Assembly: GCA_031835245.2 (NCBI GenBank)
Contig: JAVKOQ020000075.1
Coordinates: 180,807 to 200,806, forward strand
Direction: 5' to 3'
Source: Balamuthia mandrillaris
Lineage: Eukaryota
Length of the DNA stretch: 20,000 bases
The position numbers and the translations under genes are program-made. Of this stretch, positions 1 through 10,801 are shown in pieces. The notes below the pieces were generated by a model, which ran no database searches, was not told where the DNA came from, and saw only the letters and a list, made by a program, of their open reading frames with translations. How positions within the stretch are numbered: position 1 is the stretch's first letter; the number at the start of each line of letters is the position of its first letter.

Positions 1-368
1 CCACTGGATCACTCATTCTTGGGTTGAGACAAACTTTTTGATGGTTGTCCTCTCTTTGGTGTTTTGCTTTTTATATAATTCGGTAAAAAAAACCCATTTT
101 TTTTTTGTGTGTGTGTGTGGGATGGGTGTTGACTTGATGAGCGATGGTTCATCTTTGAAAACTACCCAATAAGAGAGAGGAAAGGGCAGCGCCCTTTCCT
201 CTCGATGTAAACAATGGGCGAAACGTCATCGGTATTGGTTGTACCGCTCGTCGCGTCACGCCACCAACGAAACCCGTGGGAAAAATACAGAAAATCGCAA
301 GAAAACAAGCAGATAATTGACTATTTTAGTCCTCTTTTTTTTTTTCTTGGAACTTCAAAAAATAAAAT

Positions 369-2424
369 TTAAACGGTCTGGTAGTCGCCCCTCTTGCGGG
401 CCATGATGACGACGAGGCCAATGACGCAAAAGGCCAGCACGGCCACAAAGACCCAGCCAACAACGACGGCGGCCACGAGGGAGTCCACCTCCTTCTCGTT
501 GCCCTTGGAAGGGCGAATGGGGATGGGTGGCGAGGCACAGTCCTGGTTGGTGAAGTTGAAGTTGATGTCCACTGGTGGGTGAGGGATTATGGTGTCTGCT
601 GCGGCTAAACCAATTACACATGCCAACAAAGGAGCACCCGCAGAACCTTTAGTTGTTGTTCATTTTTTTTTTTTTTTGTTGATGGTAAATAAATAAATGA
701 CAAGGAAAGGCGGGAATACTAAAAGCAGAAAGAAGCACAAACCTTCACCATCACAGCCAGCGCCTTGACCGTGATCGAATCCGGTGGTGATGATAAGAGA
801 GCGTCCAATGATGGAGTCGATGCTGTCTACCCAGTCATCCACATAACGATACCAGGCCACACCCTTAGAGTCGTATGTTTGGATGTTACCCAGGTCTCCA
901 ATCATGCGGGGGTAAGTTCCTGGCAGTGCGTGGCTGGAGCTGTATGGATTGAAAATGTTGCCTGTGGAAGTTGCGCTGTTCAGGCTTAAATCTCCCGCCT
1001 TGTTATATAAACAAAAAAACCAATAAACAATGTGAGTAACGTATCCACTCGAAAGAACAGCAGCGTTCAAACCACTAAGAATAACAGTAGAACAACAACA
1101 AAAAAAAGAAAAAGAGAAGAGGAGGGACCGGAAAGAAAGAAACGTACGGTGCCGATGTGGATGCCATGCACGCTTCCATTTGTGAGGCCTTGAGGGATTT
1201 GGACGGTTATTTCTACATCAGCGTCTGAGTTCTTTTATGTAGAGCGACAGCGATTTCGAATTAATTAGAAAAACAATAAAGAGCAAAGTAGTCGTGCGGA
1301 ACAAAATACAAACCCTGGACAGGAAATAAGCCACACCATTACAGGTTCCGTTGCAGGCAGAGGTGCCATTCAATGCGCAAATTGCCTTCAACGTGCCAAC
1401 GTTGCCTATGATTGCCAAAAAAAACATATGTTAGAGCAGGCAGCAAACAAAGAGAATGAGAACGCACCAGACTCAGCGCGGTTAAGGAATGAATCCGAAA
1501 TGCCAATGACGCATTGTCCAAGGATGTCGCCGAGGTTAGGGTTCGCGCTGCAGTCATCGTGTTTGGAATAAAGAACTATAGAATGACCGATGACAGAATT
1601 GGGTCCTTGCAAGGTAAGTTGGTTATATGTTTGAGACTGCAAGATAGATTTGTCTACTCTTGTCCAATTTCCCTGTTGGGATTGAGTTTGTGAGCTGAAT
1701 GCATTATCCTGAAAGTTTCTCTCTTTCTCTGCGTCTTTCTTTCCTCAATCCTGTGTGTGTTATGCCTGTTCCTCACATAAGAGGGAAACGTTACCAAAGC
1801 GCCGTCGGGTCGGGCGTCAGGAGGGCAGGCATGAGTGGTGCTACCGCCGCCAACAAACTCGCCGCCAGTGTTATTGCCGGTCGGATCTGCGATATCTCCA
1901 AACTGTTGTTTTTTTTTTGTTCAATAAGAAGCCGAGCAGAGGAAAAATGCCACCAGTAAAACAAACGAGTACACCAAAGCAGAAAGAAAAGCAAACCTCA
2001 CGAATGGACATAGCATACGCGGCAGAGGCGGAATCGGCAAAAAGAAGTTGAGCGGTGATGTTGACACCTAGCTAATCAACGAGAAGAAAAATGAGTTTAG
2101 GGTTGCGAAAAATAAAAACAATTCAAGAGAGGCAAAAGACCAACAAATAAAACGTACAGAAGCCGTAGCGTTTATTGTGTACAAGGTTACCAAGCCACCA
2201 CTGAAGCCCGCCGCCTTTCCAGCAGTAGTAGGAATCATTCTACAAGTAGCAGTCACTTTTCGTACAGTCAAAAAATCAATCAAATGAGTCCGTCGTAACA
2301 ACAAATACAAAAAAACACACCACGTACATTCCCACTTTCGTGCCTCACATGGCAGAACAAACAACCAAGCAGCCACCACACAACAAATCGCCACCACAAA
2401 AACGGCTCTTCCGTCGGTCCTCAT
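369..2424 (-). CDS. Type I membrane protein with two degenerate Cu/Zn superoxide dismutase-fold domains (about 430 aa, 9 exons)
   Basis: Exons 2424-2328, 2255-2158, 2071-1997, 1902-1795, 1672-1468, 1405-1314, 1231-1148, 998-743 and 646-369 join by GT-AG introns into one frame (1293 nt). N-terminal signal peptide. Domain 1: SIREFGD...HACPPDARPDGALGN...LTLQGPNSVIGHSIVL...CVIGI. Domain 2: HGIHIGTAGD...FNPYSSSHALP..RMIGDLGNI...SIIGRSLII...SAGAPLLACVIG. TM helix LVAAVVVGWVFVAVLAFCVIGLVVIM, then tail ARKRGDYQTV*. Confidence 0.85.
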
Positions 2425-2595
2425 CTTCTTCTTCTTCTTCTTCCTGCCCTAGTAATAGAAGTGCTTCTACTCCCACCGCCGCCGCTACCCGCTTTTTTTT
2501 TTCGCCCTCCCCCGTCACTTTCTTCACATTCCGAATGCATTTCCCACCTTAAATTAGTCCAGGTGATCGACGCTGATCTTGCACCGCTAAACCAC
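2425..2595. promoter_or_regulatory. Short divergent intergenic region, probable bidirectional promoter
   Basis: Only 171 bp lie between the head-to-head ATGs at 2424 (-) and 2596 (+). No specific motif was identified. Confidence 0.45.
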
Positions 2596-4933
2596 ATGAG
2601 GAAGAGAGGAGCAGGCGGGAGGCGAGGCTTCCCGCTGCATGAGGCCGTGGCGGCGGGGGATGCCGACCGAGTGCGACACCTTTTGCAGGTTCTCAGGGAT
2701 GGAGAGCAAGCACAGCCACCACCGCCCCAGGATAGAAAGGAAGAGGAGGAAGAGCCGGAGAAAGAGCAGCTTCCTCCCTTTGGGGTAAACGATAGGAACG
2801 AGGAAGGGCTCGCCCCGCTGCATCTTGCCGCTCGGCAGGGGCAAGTTGATTGTCTCGAGCTTTTGTTGTCCTTACAAGGGCAAGAGGAGAGCTTAGACGT
2901 AAACCTGTTGACGGAGGACGGTCTCTCTCCAATTCAGCTGGCTCTCTATGAAGCCCCCGACGAGGAGCAGCGCAAGGAGCGAACGGTGCGGCTGCTGTGT
3001 CAACATGGGGCGGACACGAACGTGCAGAACGCAGCCACTGGAACTCCTCCGCTGTGGGACGCTGTCTACGCGGGGCTCTCTACTTGCATTCCTATTCTAG
3101 TTGGTTTGCTCTTCTCTTGCCATTTTGTTGTCGTTCTTCTTCTTATACTCTTGACGCGACAGAACATGGAGCAGATGTGCAGTGCCAAAGTCCAGAGGGA
3201 GAAACCATTCTTTTTGCGGCCATTGCCAATGAACAAGTGGAGACGGTGGCCTATCTCCTGTCCGCAACGGGTGCAGAAGGAGCCAAAGAACTCGCCAACA
3301 AATCCAATTTGGAGGGATACACCGCTCTTCATCTCTGTTGCACTTTATCTTCCTCGCCTTCTCCAAAGCAAGGCGTAGAATCAGCAGCAGTGAAGATGGC
3401 GAGATTATTGTTAGAGAAAGGAGGCGCGGAAGCATCCCTCTTGCTTCGCAACGAGAAGGGCAACACCCCACTTATGGAAGCCATCGAAATGGCCCGCTCT
3501 GAAAAAGAAGCTGAAGGTGACGTTGTTGATGCGGAAGAAATAACTCGTAGCTCTGCTTTGTGCTATCTGCTACAAAGCTGGCAGCGCAAAGCTGATCAGA
3601 AGGTGAGAGCGAGGAATCCCACCATTCCTCCTGCTGATGGTGCTGACCTCTTCACCAGTTTATTGCTTTCTTCATCATCTCCTGCTTCTTCTTCTTCTTC
3701 TTCTTGTTCTTCTTCTTCTTCTTCTTCTTCTTCTTCTTCTTCTTCTTCTTCTTCTTCTTCGTCTTTGTTCGAGAGAAGGCCATTGCTGTGGCGGATAGTA
3801 GACTATTTGCAACATCCAAAGCAGCTTTGCGAGATGGAATTGGTTAGCAAAGATGTACGACATTGTCTTCTCTCCATTGGCCAGAAGAGTTCCTCAGCTT
3901 CTTCATCGTCTTCGTGGTTGGAACCATGGCATGCACTCTACCTTCGATGGTTCAGAGATGAGAAAGAAGAAGCAAAAGAAAATGAAGAGCGGAAAAGACG
4001 AAAGCAAACAGGCAAGATATGGGGAACGGTTTACGGACAGGGTTCCAGCTTCTACGCCATGAAACTATTCCAGGAGGAAGAACGAAGCGAAGGTTCGTCA
4101 TGGAAAAGTTGGTTCATGGAAAGATATCTGCTGGAAACCTGCGATCCTTCTCTCCACAAGAACATTGACGGCTTCCTCTGTTTCTGTTTCCACAACGCGT
4201 TATCCTTTTCCATCAACAAAGAAGCAGAACAAAGATGCGAAAGTGAAGGAGAAGGAGGGGAGTGGAAGATAAACGGTCCGATGGAAGCATTGCAGTCGAC
4301 CATCCTCTTCGCTCGCTCCGCTTTCGAGTATCGTCGTTATAGAGCCACATGCATGGTGCATAGAGCCACCGCTCGAAGGATGGTCGTGCAACCAGTTCCT
4401 TTCCAACGGACCACACGTGGTCCACTGGAAAGAGAAGGCAAAGCCCATGCTCATCTTCTTTGCTTCTACGAGGACGATCTCAGTCGTGATGACACAGACG
4501 CATCCTTCCTTACCTTTGAAGATAACGTGCGTTCTTTTTTCTGTTAGGCGTGTTTTGCGGTGTTGTTAGTGACTCTCCTTGGTTTTTTTTTTGTTTGTGT
4601 TTGAATTAAGAAGGCATTGGAGGGAGATGAACCACGCCTCCTTGTTGGCATTCGGTCAACTTCGAGTGGCAATGATGGAGGTGAGAAAGGCAATTCATCT
4701 TCCAAACAACAGTTGGTACGCGAAGCCTGTAAAAAGGTTTCTCTCTCGCTCTCTCTTTCTCTCGCTGGAATGACTTTTCATCTTAAACAACATATTCTTC
4801 CTCTATTCAGTACCGGTGTGATGTGATGTATTGCTCTGTGTCAGACGGAGAAGGCGTGCACGCTATTTTTGAGCGTCTTATAAGCCTCTGCGATCATATG
4901 GAGTGTTGTAGGAATGTAGACACAAACGAATAA
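2596..4933 (+). CDS. Ankyrin-repeat protein with F-box-like motif and C-terminal degenerate small-GTPase-like domain
   Basis: Exons 2596-3103, 3163-4526, 4611-4736 and 4811-4933 are phase-consistent GT-AG. Ankyrin motifs: FPLHEAV, GLAPLHLAARQGQVDCLELLL, GTPPLWDAV, GETILFAAI, GYTALHLCC, GNTPLMEA. After a poly-Ser linker comes F-box-like LLWRIVDYLQHPKQLCEMELVSKDVR. The C-terminus AHAHLLCF...PRLLVGIRS...YCSVSDGEGVHAIFERL resembles the Ras fold. Confidence 0.8.
3685..3760 (+). repeat. (TCT)n microsatellite encoding poly-serine
   Basis: Near-perfect TCT run, with one TGT interruption, inside exon 2 of the ankyrin gene. Confidence 0.95.
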
Positions 4934-4998
4934 AGTGCAATGTGTATATTTGGGAGTAGAGTTTTTATGTTTCCAAAAAAAAAAAAAAAACCGCCTTA

Positions 4999-7194
4999 TT
5001 ACAATGACTGCAGCTGGTTCAGCAATTTTTTCCACTCGTCCGCCATCTGATTTGCCGAATTGTTCAATTTTTGTTCTACCGGAGCACGAGAGAGAGAGAA
5101 ACTACAAGAAAGTAACAAACCTGCACAGTGGAGTCCATGGAACATTTGGCATATTCGCGGAGAGCTCTGGTGATTTGAGTTGCTTTTGTTTTCTCAAAAC
5201 GGACGATCTCATTCTTAACGCTGATAGGTTCAAATTCACAAAAGTGAGTATTTTCACAAATTGAATGGTTTAGCAGGAAGTGGGGTCGACATTTCACTTA
5301 CCTGTCGCTTATCATCTCAAATTCATCTTTGTTGCTTTCAATCCTCTTTTCCAACTTTTTGGGTATTGTTTTTTTTTTTTTAAAAAAAAAGAGAGGCATA
5401 TAAGCTGCAAGAAAAAGAAAGTAACTGAAGAGAAACAAACCTCTGTGATTTCATTTTCAACCGCAGTAGCTTTGTTGGTTCCTTTCACTTTGTCCAATCG
5501 GTCTCGTTTGCCAGCGAGCTGCTTTTCGAGATGCTGCAACTCAGCCAGGGAGGTTAATCTATTGTTTAGAGTGGTTTTAGCAGCCTCCAACACTCTTGTA
5601 TGATGTGCTATGACCTCCTCGAAATAAACCTGTGATAAAACGCAATTAGCAATCATCAGAGAAAAGATAATTTGATAGTAAGAGAGGAACGAAGGAGCTC
5701 ACTTCTTGGTCGCCAACGGCCTCTTGAAGAACGAGACGAACACCCTCGCTAGCGTCTCCAAGTTTGGACCAATGCAGCCCCAGCTTATTGTCAAGAGCTT
5801 TCAGAGGAGATGCAATGGAGAACTCAACCCGTTCACTTGGTGCATCGCCCTTTGACTCTGGCTCTTCCTCTCCTTCCTCCTTTTCTTGTTTGTCAACGGA
5901 AGAGGCAGCAGAGGAAGCAATACTGTACTTGTCTTCTACATCAGATACAGCCTTTGCTGCCATACTAAAGTCATAAATCAAATTTGCAAGCTCTAAATCA
6001 TTGTAAAAGTAAATAGCCAGCCAAAGATTCAAATAATGCAAGAACCAAAGCAAAGTACCTCTTCTCTTGGCACTCAAAGTCTGAGAAGATTGCAACATGG
6101 TGGCCAAACTGTCAGAAAGGTCAGCGAGGTAGTTCTTCTTCTCTTCGAACCACTGATCGACCTCCTGCGGCGCGCTCATCGTGACCGCCGAAGAAAGAAA
6201 GGAGAAAACCTTCTTGGTGTAGCCTGCTTGTGGCTTTTTGGTCTTTGCCTCTTCCAACGACTCACCGTTGGCCTCAAGGAAAGTTTGAAGGCACTCGCTG
6301 GTGCAGAGAATAGGATGTTGCACCACTTCACGGAGAAACTGTTGCAACTCTCGGCGTCTTCTTTCGATGAAGAACGTGTCGAAGCGATCTGTGATAGAAG
6401 GACGAAACGAAAGAAAGGAAGTAAGTAAGTACAAGTTCTTCAGAAATGTATGCTGACAGAAACACTCACTTTGAATGATGGTCTTCTCAGGCAAAGGAGG
6501 AATGATGACGCCCTTGAAATTTTCACCGAGGCGGTCATGCAGCCAGAAAAAGTCGCTGTAGCGCCTCTCCACTGTGAACTGTTTCTGGTGGTACTGAGCC
6601 AAAGAAGTCTGTTCCGTTTGTTATCAATTAGTTTTGTTTTTAAAAAAAAAAATAGTACAAAGGAAGAAGAAGGAAAAAAGAAGAACAAGAAGAGATAAAC
6701 AGTGGCATGGAAACAAAGAGCAAAAAGGAAGAAGCAAACCTTGACGTTGACTTTGTAGGTGACATACGCCTTCATGCCCTCGCCGTGCTTTTCGTATTCG
6801 CCCAACGTTATCTGAAACGCTTTCGACGAAGCAGAAGAAGATGCAGAGGAGGAAGAAGCGGAAGATCCACCTTCTTCCTTTGCTTCCTCTTCCACTACTA
6901 CTTGTTCGTCGTGTCCCTTATCTCCTTCCTCGTCATGTTGCGCAGGAGGAGCAACGTTTGAAGCAGCTTGTAAGGCACCCCCAAAGAAGGACTCTGTCAT
7001 GCTCGACTTCATATCCTGATAATTTTCTTCTTCCTCTTCACTGTCGGAGGAAGTTACGACCTCTTCCTCCTTTTGGAAGATGAATGAATTTTTGCTGATG
7101 ACCCAAAAAAAAAAATCTCTCACTCCCGCTCAAAACAAAAGAAGCCTACCTCAGCTGTAAAAGGAGACGCGATGTTGCCAAACTGTTCTGACAT
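4999..7194 (-). CDS. PX-BAR sorting nexin (SNX1/SNX2/Vps5-like)
   Basis: Exons 7194-7150, 7069-6740, 6608-6470, 6388-6059, 5992-5703, 5629-5441, 5354-5302, 5220-5121 and 5046-4999 are phase-consistent. PX motifs: YVTYKV, VERRYSDFFWLHDRL, IIPPLPEK, FIERRRRELQQFL...HP. BAR motifs: DQWFEEKK, KNEIVRFEKTK, ADEWKKLL. Acidic low-complexity N-terminus. Confidence 0.93.
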
Positions 7195-7349
7195 GTAGAG
7201 TTCCCTGGCTGGTGGAGTGACACAAAAAAAAAAGAGAAACAAGACCACAAAAGAAAAAAAAAAGTGAAGGGCGCGCCCTACACTTTTAGAGCAACGAGGT
7301 GCGATCTAACGTCTACAAAAAATGTTTACTGTCGACTAGCTGTTGTTGC

Positions 7350-7967
7350 TCAGCAGCAGTAGTTGACGTGCCGAAAGGTGAGGGAGTACCGCTTTGCCCC
7401 GTCGTTGCTCAGCGTGCCGGGCAGCATGCCGTGCTTCCACGCCGTGCGAGAAGGCCCGGTCATAAGGTACAGGGAACGGCGGGGAATGGCCACTTTGGCC
7501 TGCGTCTTGCCGCGCGAAAAGAAGAGATAGGCATCGGACAAAAGGCTGACCCCAAAGATAACTTCCTTGTAGGTGCTACGGTGGTCGAAATGGAACTGCA
7601 GCGAGTCCTCTGGCTTGTACTCGTTGATGAAAAGCTCTGTGTATTTGTCCTCTCCCATGTGATAGTCCGTCAGATCAAACTGAGGAAAGTGGTCCTCGGT
7701 GACCTGCTTGATTTTCTGGGCCAACGGAGCCGCAAAGCTTGGCAACGGGGTTACGATGCAACCTTTCTTCACTTGGTACTTGCTGTCGTGCCAGGGTCCG
7801 TACATTTGGACGCGTCGCGTGTTGGAGCGGTTCATCTTCCAGGAGCCAGCATCTATCAGCTCCGCCAATGTTTGCTCCTCTTCCTCCGATAGGAACTGCT
7901 TCACCAAGAAAAGGCCTGGCACACCCGTGTCTACGATCACCTCCATGTCCTGATGTGGTGCGTTCAT
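7350..7967 (-). CDS. AlkB-family 2-oxoglutarate/Fe(II)-dependent dioxygenase
   Basis: Intronless 205-aa ORF with PGLFLVKQFLSEEEEQTL, RRVQMYG, INEYKP..LQFHFD (HxD), IPRRSLYLMTGPSRTAWKHG (distal His) and RYSLTFR (RxxxxxR). The start could instead be the ATG at 7946. Confidence 0.9.
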   Translation of the reverse strand: MNAPHQDMEVIVDTGVPGLFLVKQFLSEEEEQTLAELIDAGSWKMNRSNTRRVQMYGPWHDSKYQVKKGCIVTPLPSFAAPLAQKIKQVTEDHFPQFDLTDYHMGEDKYTELFINEYKPEDSLQFHFDHRSTYKEVIFGVSLLSDAYLFFSRGKTQAKVAIPRRSLYLMTGPSRTAWKHGMLPGTLSNDGAKRYSLTFRHVNYCC

Positions 7968-8174
7968 TCGTTGGTTTGTGAGTGTAACACTTTGTTCTCT
8001 CTCCCTCCGTTACTTTATAAGTAGTTCGGCAGCCATTATATCGCCATTTGTTTGCGACACAGAAAAAGAAAGGTTCAGCAAAGAATTTAGACAAAAAAGA
8101 ATTCCAAGAAAATATTGTCGACAAAAGAGAAAGGAAAAAAAGTGTTTTGGATTTGGATTTGGATTTGATGCGTT

Positions 8175-8789
8175 TTATGCGTGTCTCTTGACCTCGAAGA
8201 ACTTGTGGAGTTGGTAGATCTGCCACACGCTGACCGCCACAAGCATGGCCGCCTCGAAGAAGCTCCACCACAACACCCTGGCGTTGGTGCTCTCTGAAGT
8301 GTCCCTGTGCGCCCTCTCCCTGGACCTCATGTACTTTTGCTCGTCCTTGACCGTCTGAATGCCCCTCTTCAGCTCCTCCAAAGATCGATGCACGGGGTCC
8401 AACATGTCCAGCTTGCTGCCATCGTTATCCTCCTTCTCCCCCACGTCTAGCTGGAAGCTCACCAACTTGCTGGTCACAGTGGACATGCGGTTGCTGAAGC
8501 AGAAGGAGTACGTGCCCTCCTTGTTGGCAGCAAAGGCAAACTTGCCCTCCGTCTCCCTGTCTGCCTTGAAGAGGTTCTCGCCCACTGGGTCCGTGACGGT
8601 GAAGTCAATGTCGTAGGCTCCTCCTTGCAGCACCTGGAACTGCACGTTGAAGCTCACTCCAGGCGTAACGTCCTCGTAGAAGCATTGCTCTCTGAAGGGC
8701 TCCACGCTGAAGCTGAGCGCCTGAGAGAGCCCCACCAATGCCAGTGCCACCACCAACAAGGGGCACAACAGATTCTTCGTCGTCTTCAT
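8175..8789 (-). CDS. TMED2: p24/emp24/gp25L GOLD-domain cargo receptor, p24-beta type
   Basis: Signal peptide MKTTKNLLCPLLVVALALVGLSQA. GOLD domain EQCFYE...DIDFTVTDP...GTYSFCFSNRMSTVTSKLV. Coiled coil EQKYMRSRERAHRDTSESTNARV, TM segment, and tail FFEVKRHA. Confidence 0.93.
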   Translation of the reverse strand: MKTTKNLLCPLLVVALALVGLSQALSFSVEPFREQCFYEDVTPGVSFNVQFQVLQGGAYDIDFTVTDPVGENLFKADRETEGKFAFAANKEGTYSFCFSNRMSTVTSKLVSFQLDVGEKEDNDGSKLDMLDPVHRSLEELKRGIQTVKDEQKYMRSRERAHRDTSESTNARVLWWSFFEAAMLVAVSVWQIYQLHKFFEVKRHA

Positions 8790-9160
8790 CTGCTTCCAAC
8801 CACCCAAAAAAAAAGTGTGCTGCGTACACTCACTCACTCACTCAAAAAAAAAAGTACTGCCACGCACTGCACCCCCCTTTCTTCTTCTTTCCTTTTTTTT
8901 CCTGTTGTGAGGGGCGAAATTTGACCCCTTTGGTATTTTTTTGTGAGGCCCAAAAATGGTTTTTCTGCTGATCATGATCTTTTGTCTAATCACCAAAGTT
9001 TTCGCGCGTTAGATTTTGCAGAGAAAGCTTTAGTGTGTCCACCTTTGGAACGCGCAAGAAGAGAAAGAAAAGAAGAAAGGTGCCGGTTTGAGAACAAAGA
9101 GCCCCGCTATAGTGAGTCTTGGTTTTTGTTTTTGTATTTTTATTATTAGGAACGATCATC

Positions 9161-10770
9161 ATGTTTTCGCGAACGCGATCGACGGCAAACGCTGTGCAAA
9201 GCAACGCTACCACCATTGATGAGTGGGTAGAAGAGCAGGAAAAAGAGTTGCAACAGAGACTGCAGGCGCTACAAAGTTCATCTCATCTCATCGTACACTT
9301 TTTCTTTTATTCTCATTCATTTAACTTCTTTTCTTTCTTTGTTTGTTTGTGCAGATGTGTTTGGTGATGTGGACAAAAAGTTGATGAAGCAGTCGCTTCG
9401 TAAGAAGAAGAATGTTTTAGGACCGAAAGACATCCAACAGTTCATCCAGCAACAACAAACCGCGGACCAGCAAAAGCGTGCAGAGAAGCAGAAGTTGAAG
9501 AGAAGAAAGGAGATCAAACGCCGGAAAGAGGAGGAAGAAGCAAGGAAGCAGGAAGAAGAGCAGCTTAGGCAAGTGCAAGAGCAACTCATGGGCCGTTTCC
9601 GCATCATTCCTCGGGCAGAGATTGAAAGCATTTATGAGGAATGTGGAAGGTGCTTATCTTCTTCTTTGTTGTTGTTGTTGTTGATACGGTGGTGATTATT
9701 GTTTTTGTTCTTCAAGGCTTGTTGGTGTTCTTGTTCTTGTTTGTTGTTGCTTCATGTTTTTTCTCATGGGATTAATCCCTTTATCAGAGACTATGAGAAG
9801 ACGGTGGAAGAATTGCTACTGCTGGTCGCCTTGGTGGAGAAGGAACAAGCTGCCAAAGAGGAAGAGAAGCAAACAGAAACGGAGACAACCAAGCAGAAAC
9901 AAAATGCTGCTGATAGTGAAGAAAACAGCGGAGGCGTTAGGTTCCGGTTCCAAGAAGAGGATTCGGAAAATGAGCGAAAGGTGGTGAAACAGTTTTTGTT
10001 GCAGTCTATGTCAAGGTCCAGAATAGCTATCAACCGCACTGATGCAGGTATCTTTTTCTTGTTCTCTTTCTTTGTGTCCCCTCTTTCTTCCCTTACACGA
10101 AGCACAATAGTTTCACGCAAGCTTAAGGAAAAAGAGGAAAGCAAGGACAAAGATAAGGTGGACGTGTCTCTCATAGAATCCCGAGCAGAAGAAGAAGAAG
10201 AAGAGGACACACAAGCTAAAGAAAGAACCGCCTTGGAAGCAGTGCTGAAGAAACAGTTTGCTGACTTGCCCGAAGATACCGTTACTACTGTTCTCACGAA
10301 TACCAACTACAACAAAGACAAAGCCATCGAGGAGTTGTTGTTCCGGTCGGAGAACATGAAAGTGAAGAACTTGGTGTTGATATTTGGCAAGTATGTAGAG
10401 GAGTTTGAAGTGAGGGAAGCTTTGGTAAACAGCGATTGGGATGTGAGGAAAGCAACAGTAGAGCTAAACACAAAAATGGAGCAGCGACAGGCGGACAAGA
10501 GGAGAGAAGAGGAGGAACTCAACAAGATGAAAGAGAAGGAGCGAGAGAAGGAACTGAAGAAAATCGAGGAGGAAAGAAAGAGAAAGCGGAATGAAATGCT
10601 GAAGACCTCTATGCGCTTTGTAGAAAAAGGAAGGGTAGAGAAAAAGAAGAACCTTGGAGCTATGTTCGAGAAACGCATGCAAGAAATGGCCGAAAAAGAG
10701 AGACTGCAAAAGGAGGAACAACAGCAGAAGCAAAACCAGAACGTCAGCGCCGCTAAAAAGGTGGGTGCAA

Positions 10771-10801
<31 letters not shown>

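Noticed and set aside
3603..3658. Possible intron at AAG|GTGAGA in the ankyrin gene
   Set aside because: Removal to the nearest good acceptor (56 nt) shifts the frame, and the frame is open without it.
3675..3863. Poly-Arg ORF on the minus strand
   Set aside because: Antisense reading of the (TCT)n poly-Ser repeat.
7299..8271. Alternate-frame ORFs of 197-198 aa overlapping the AlkB gene
   Set aside because: The AlkB frame carries all the motifs; the overlaps reflect GC-rich codon usage.
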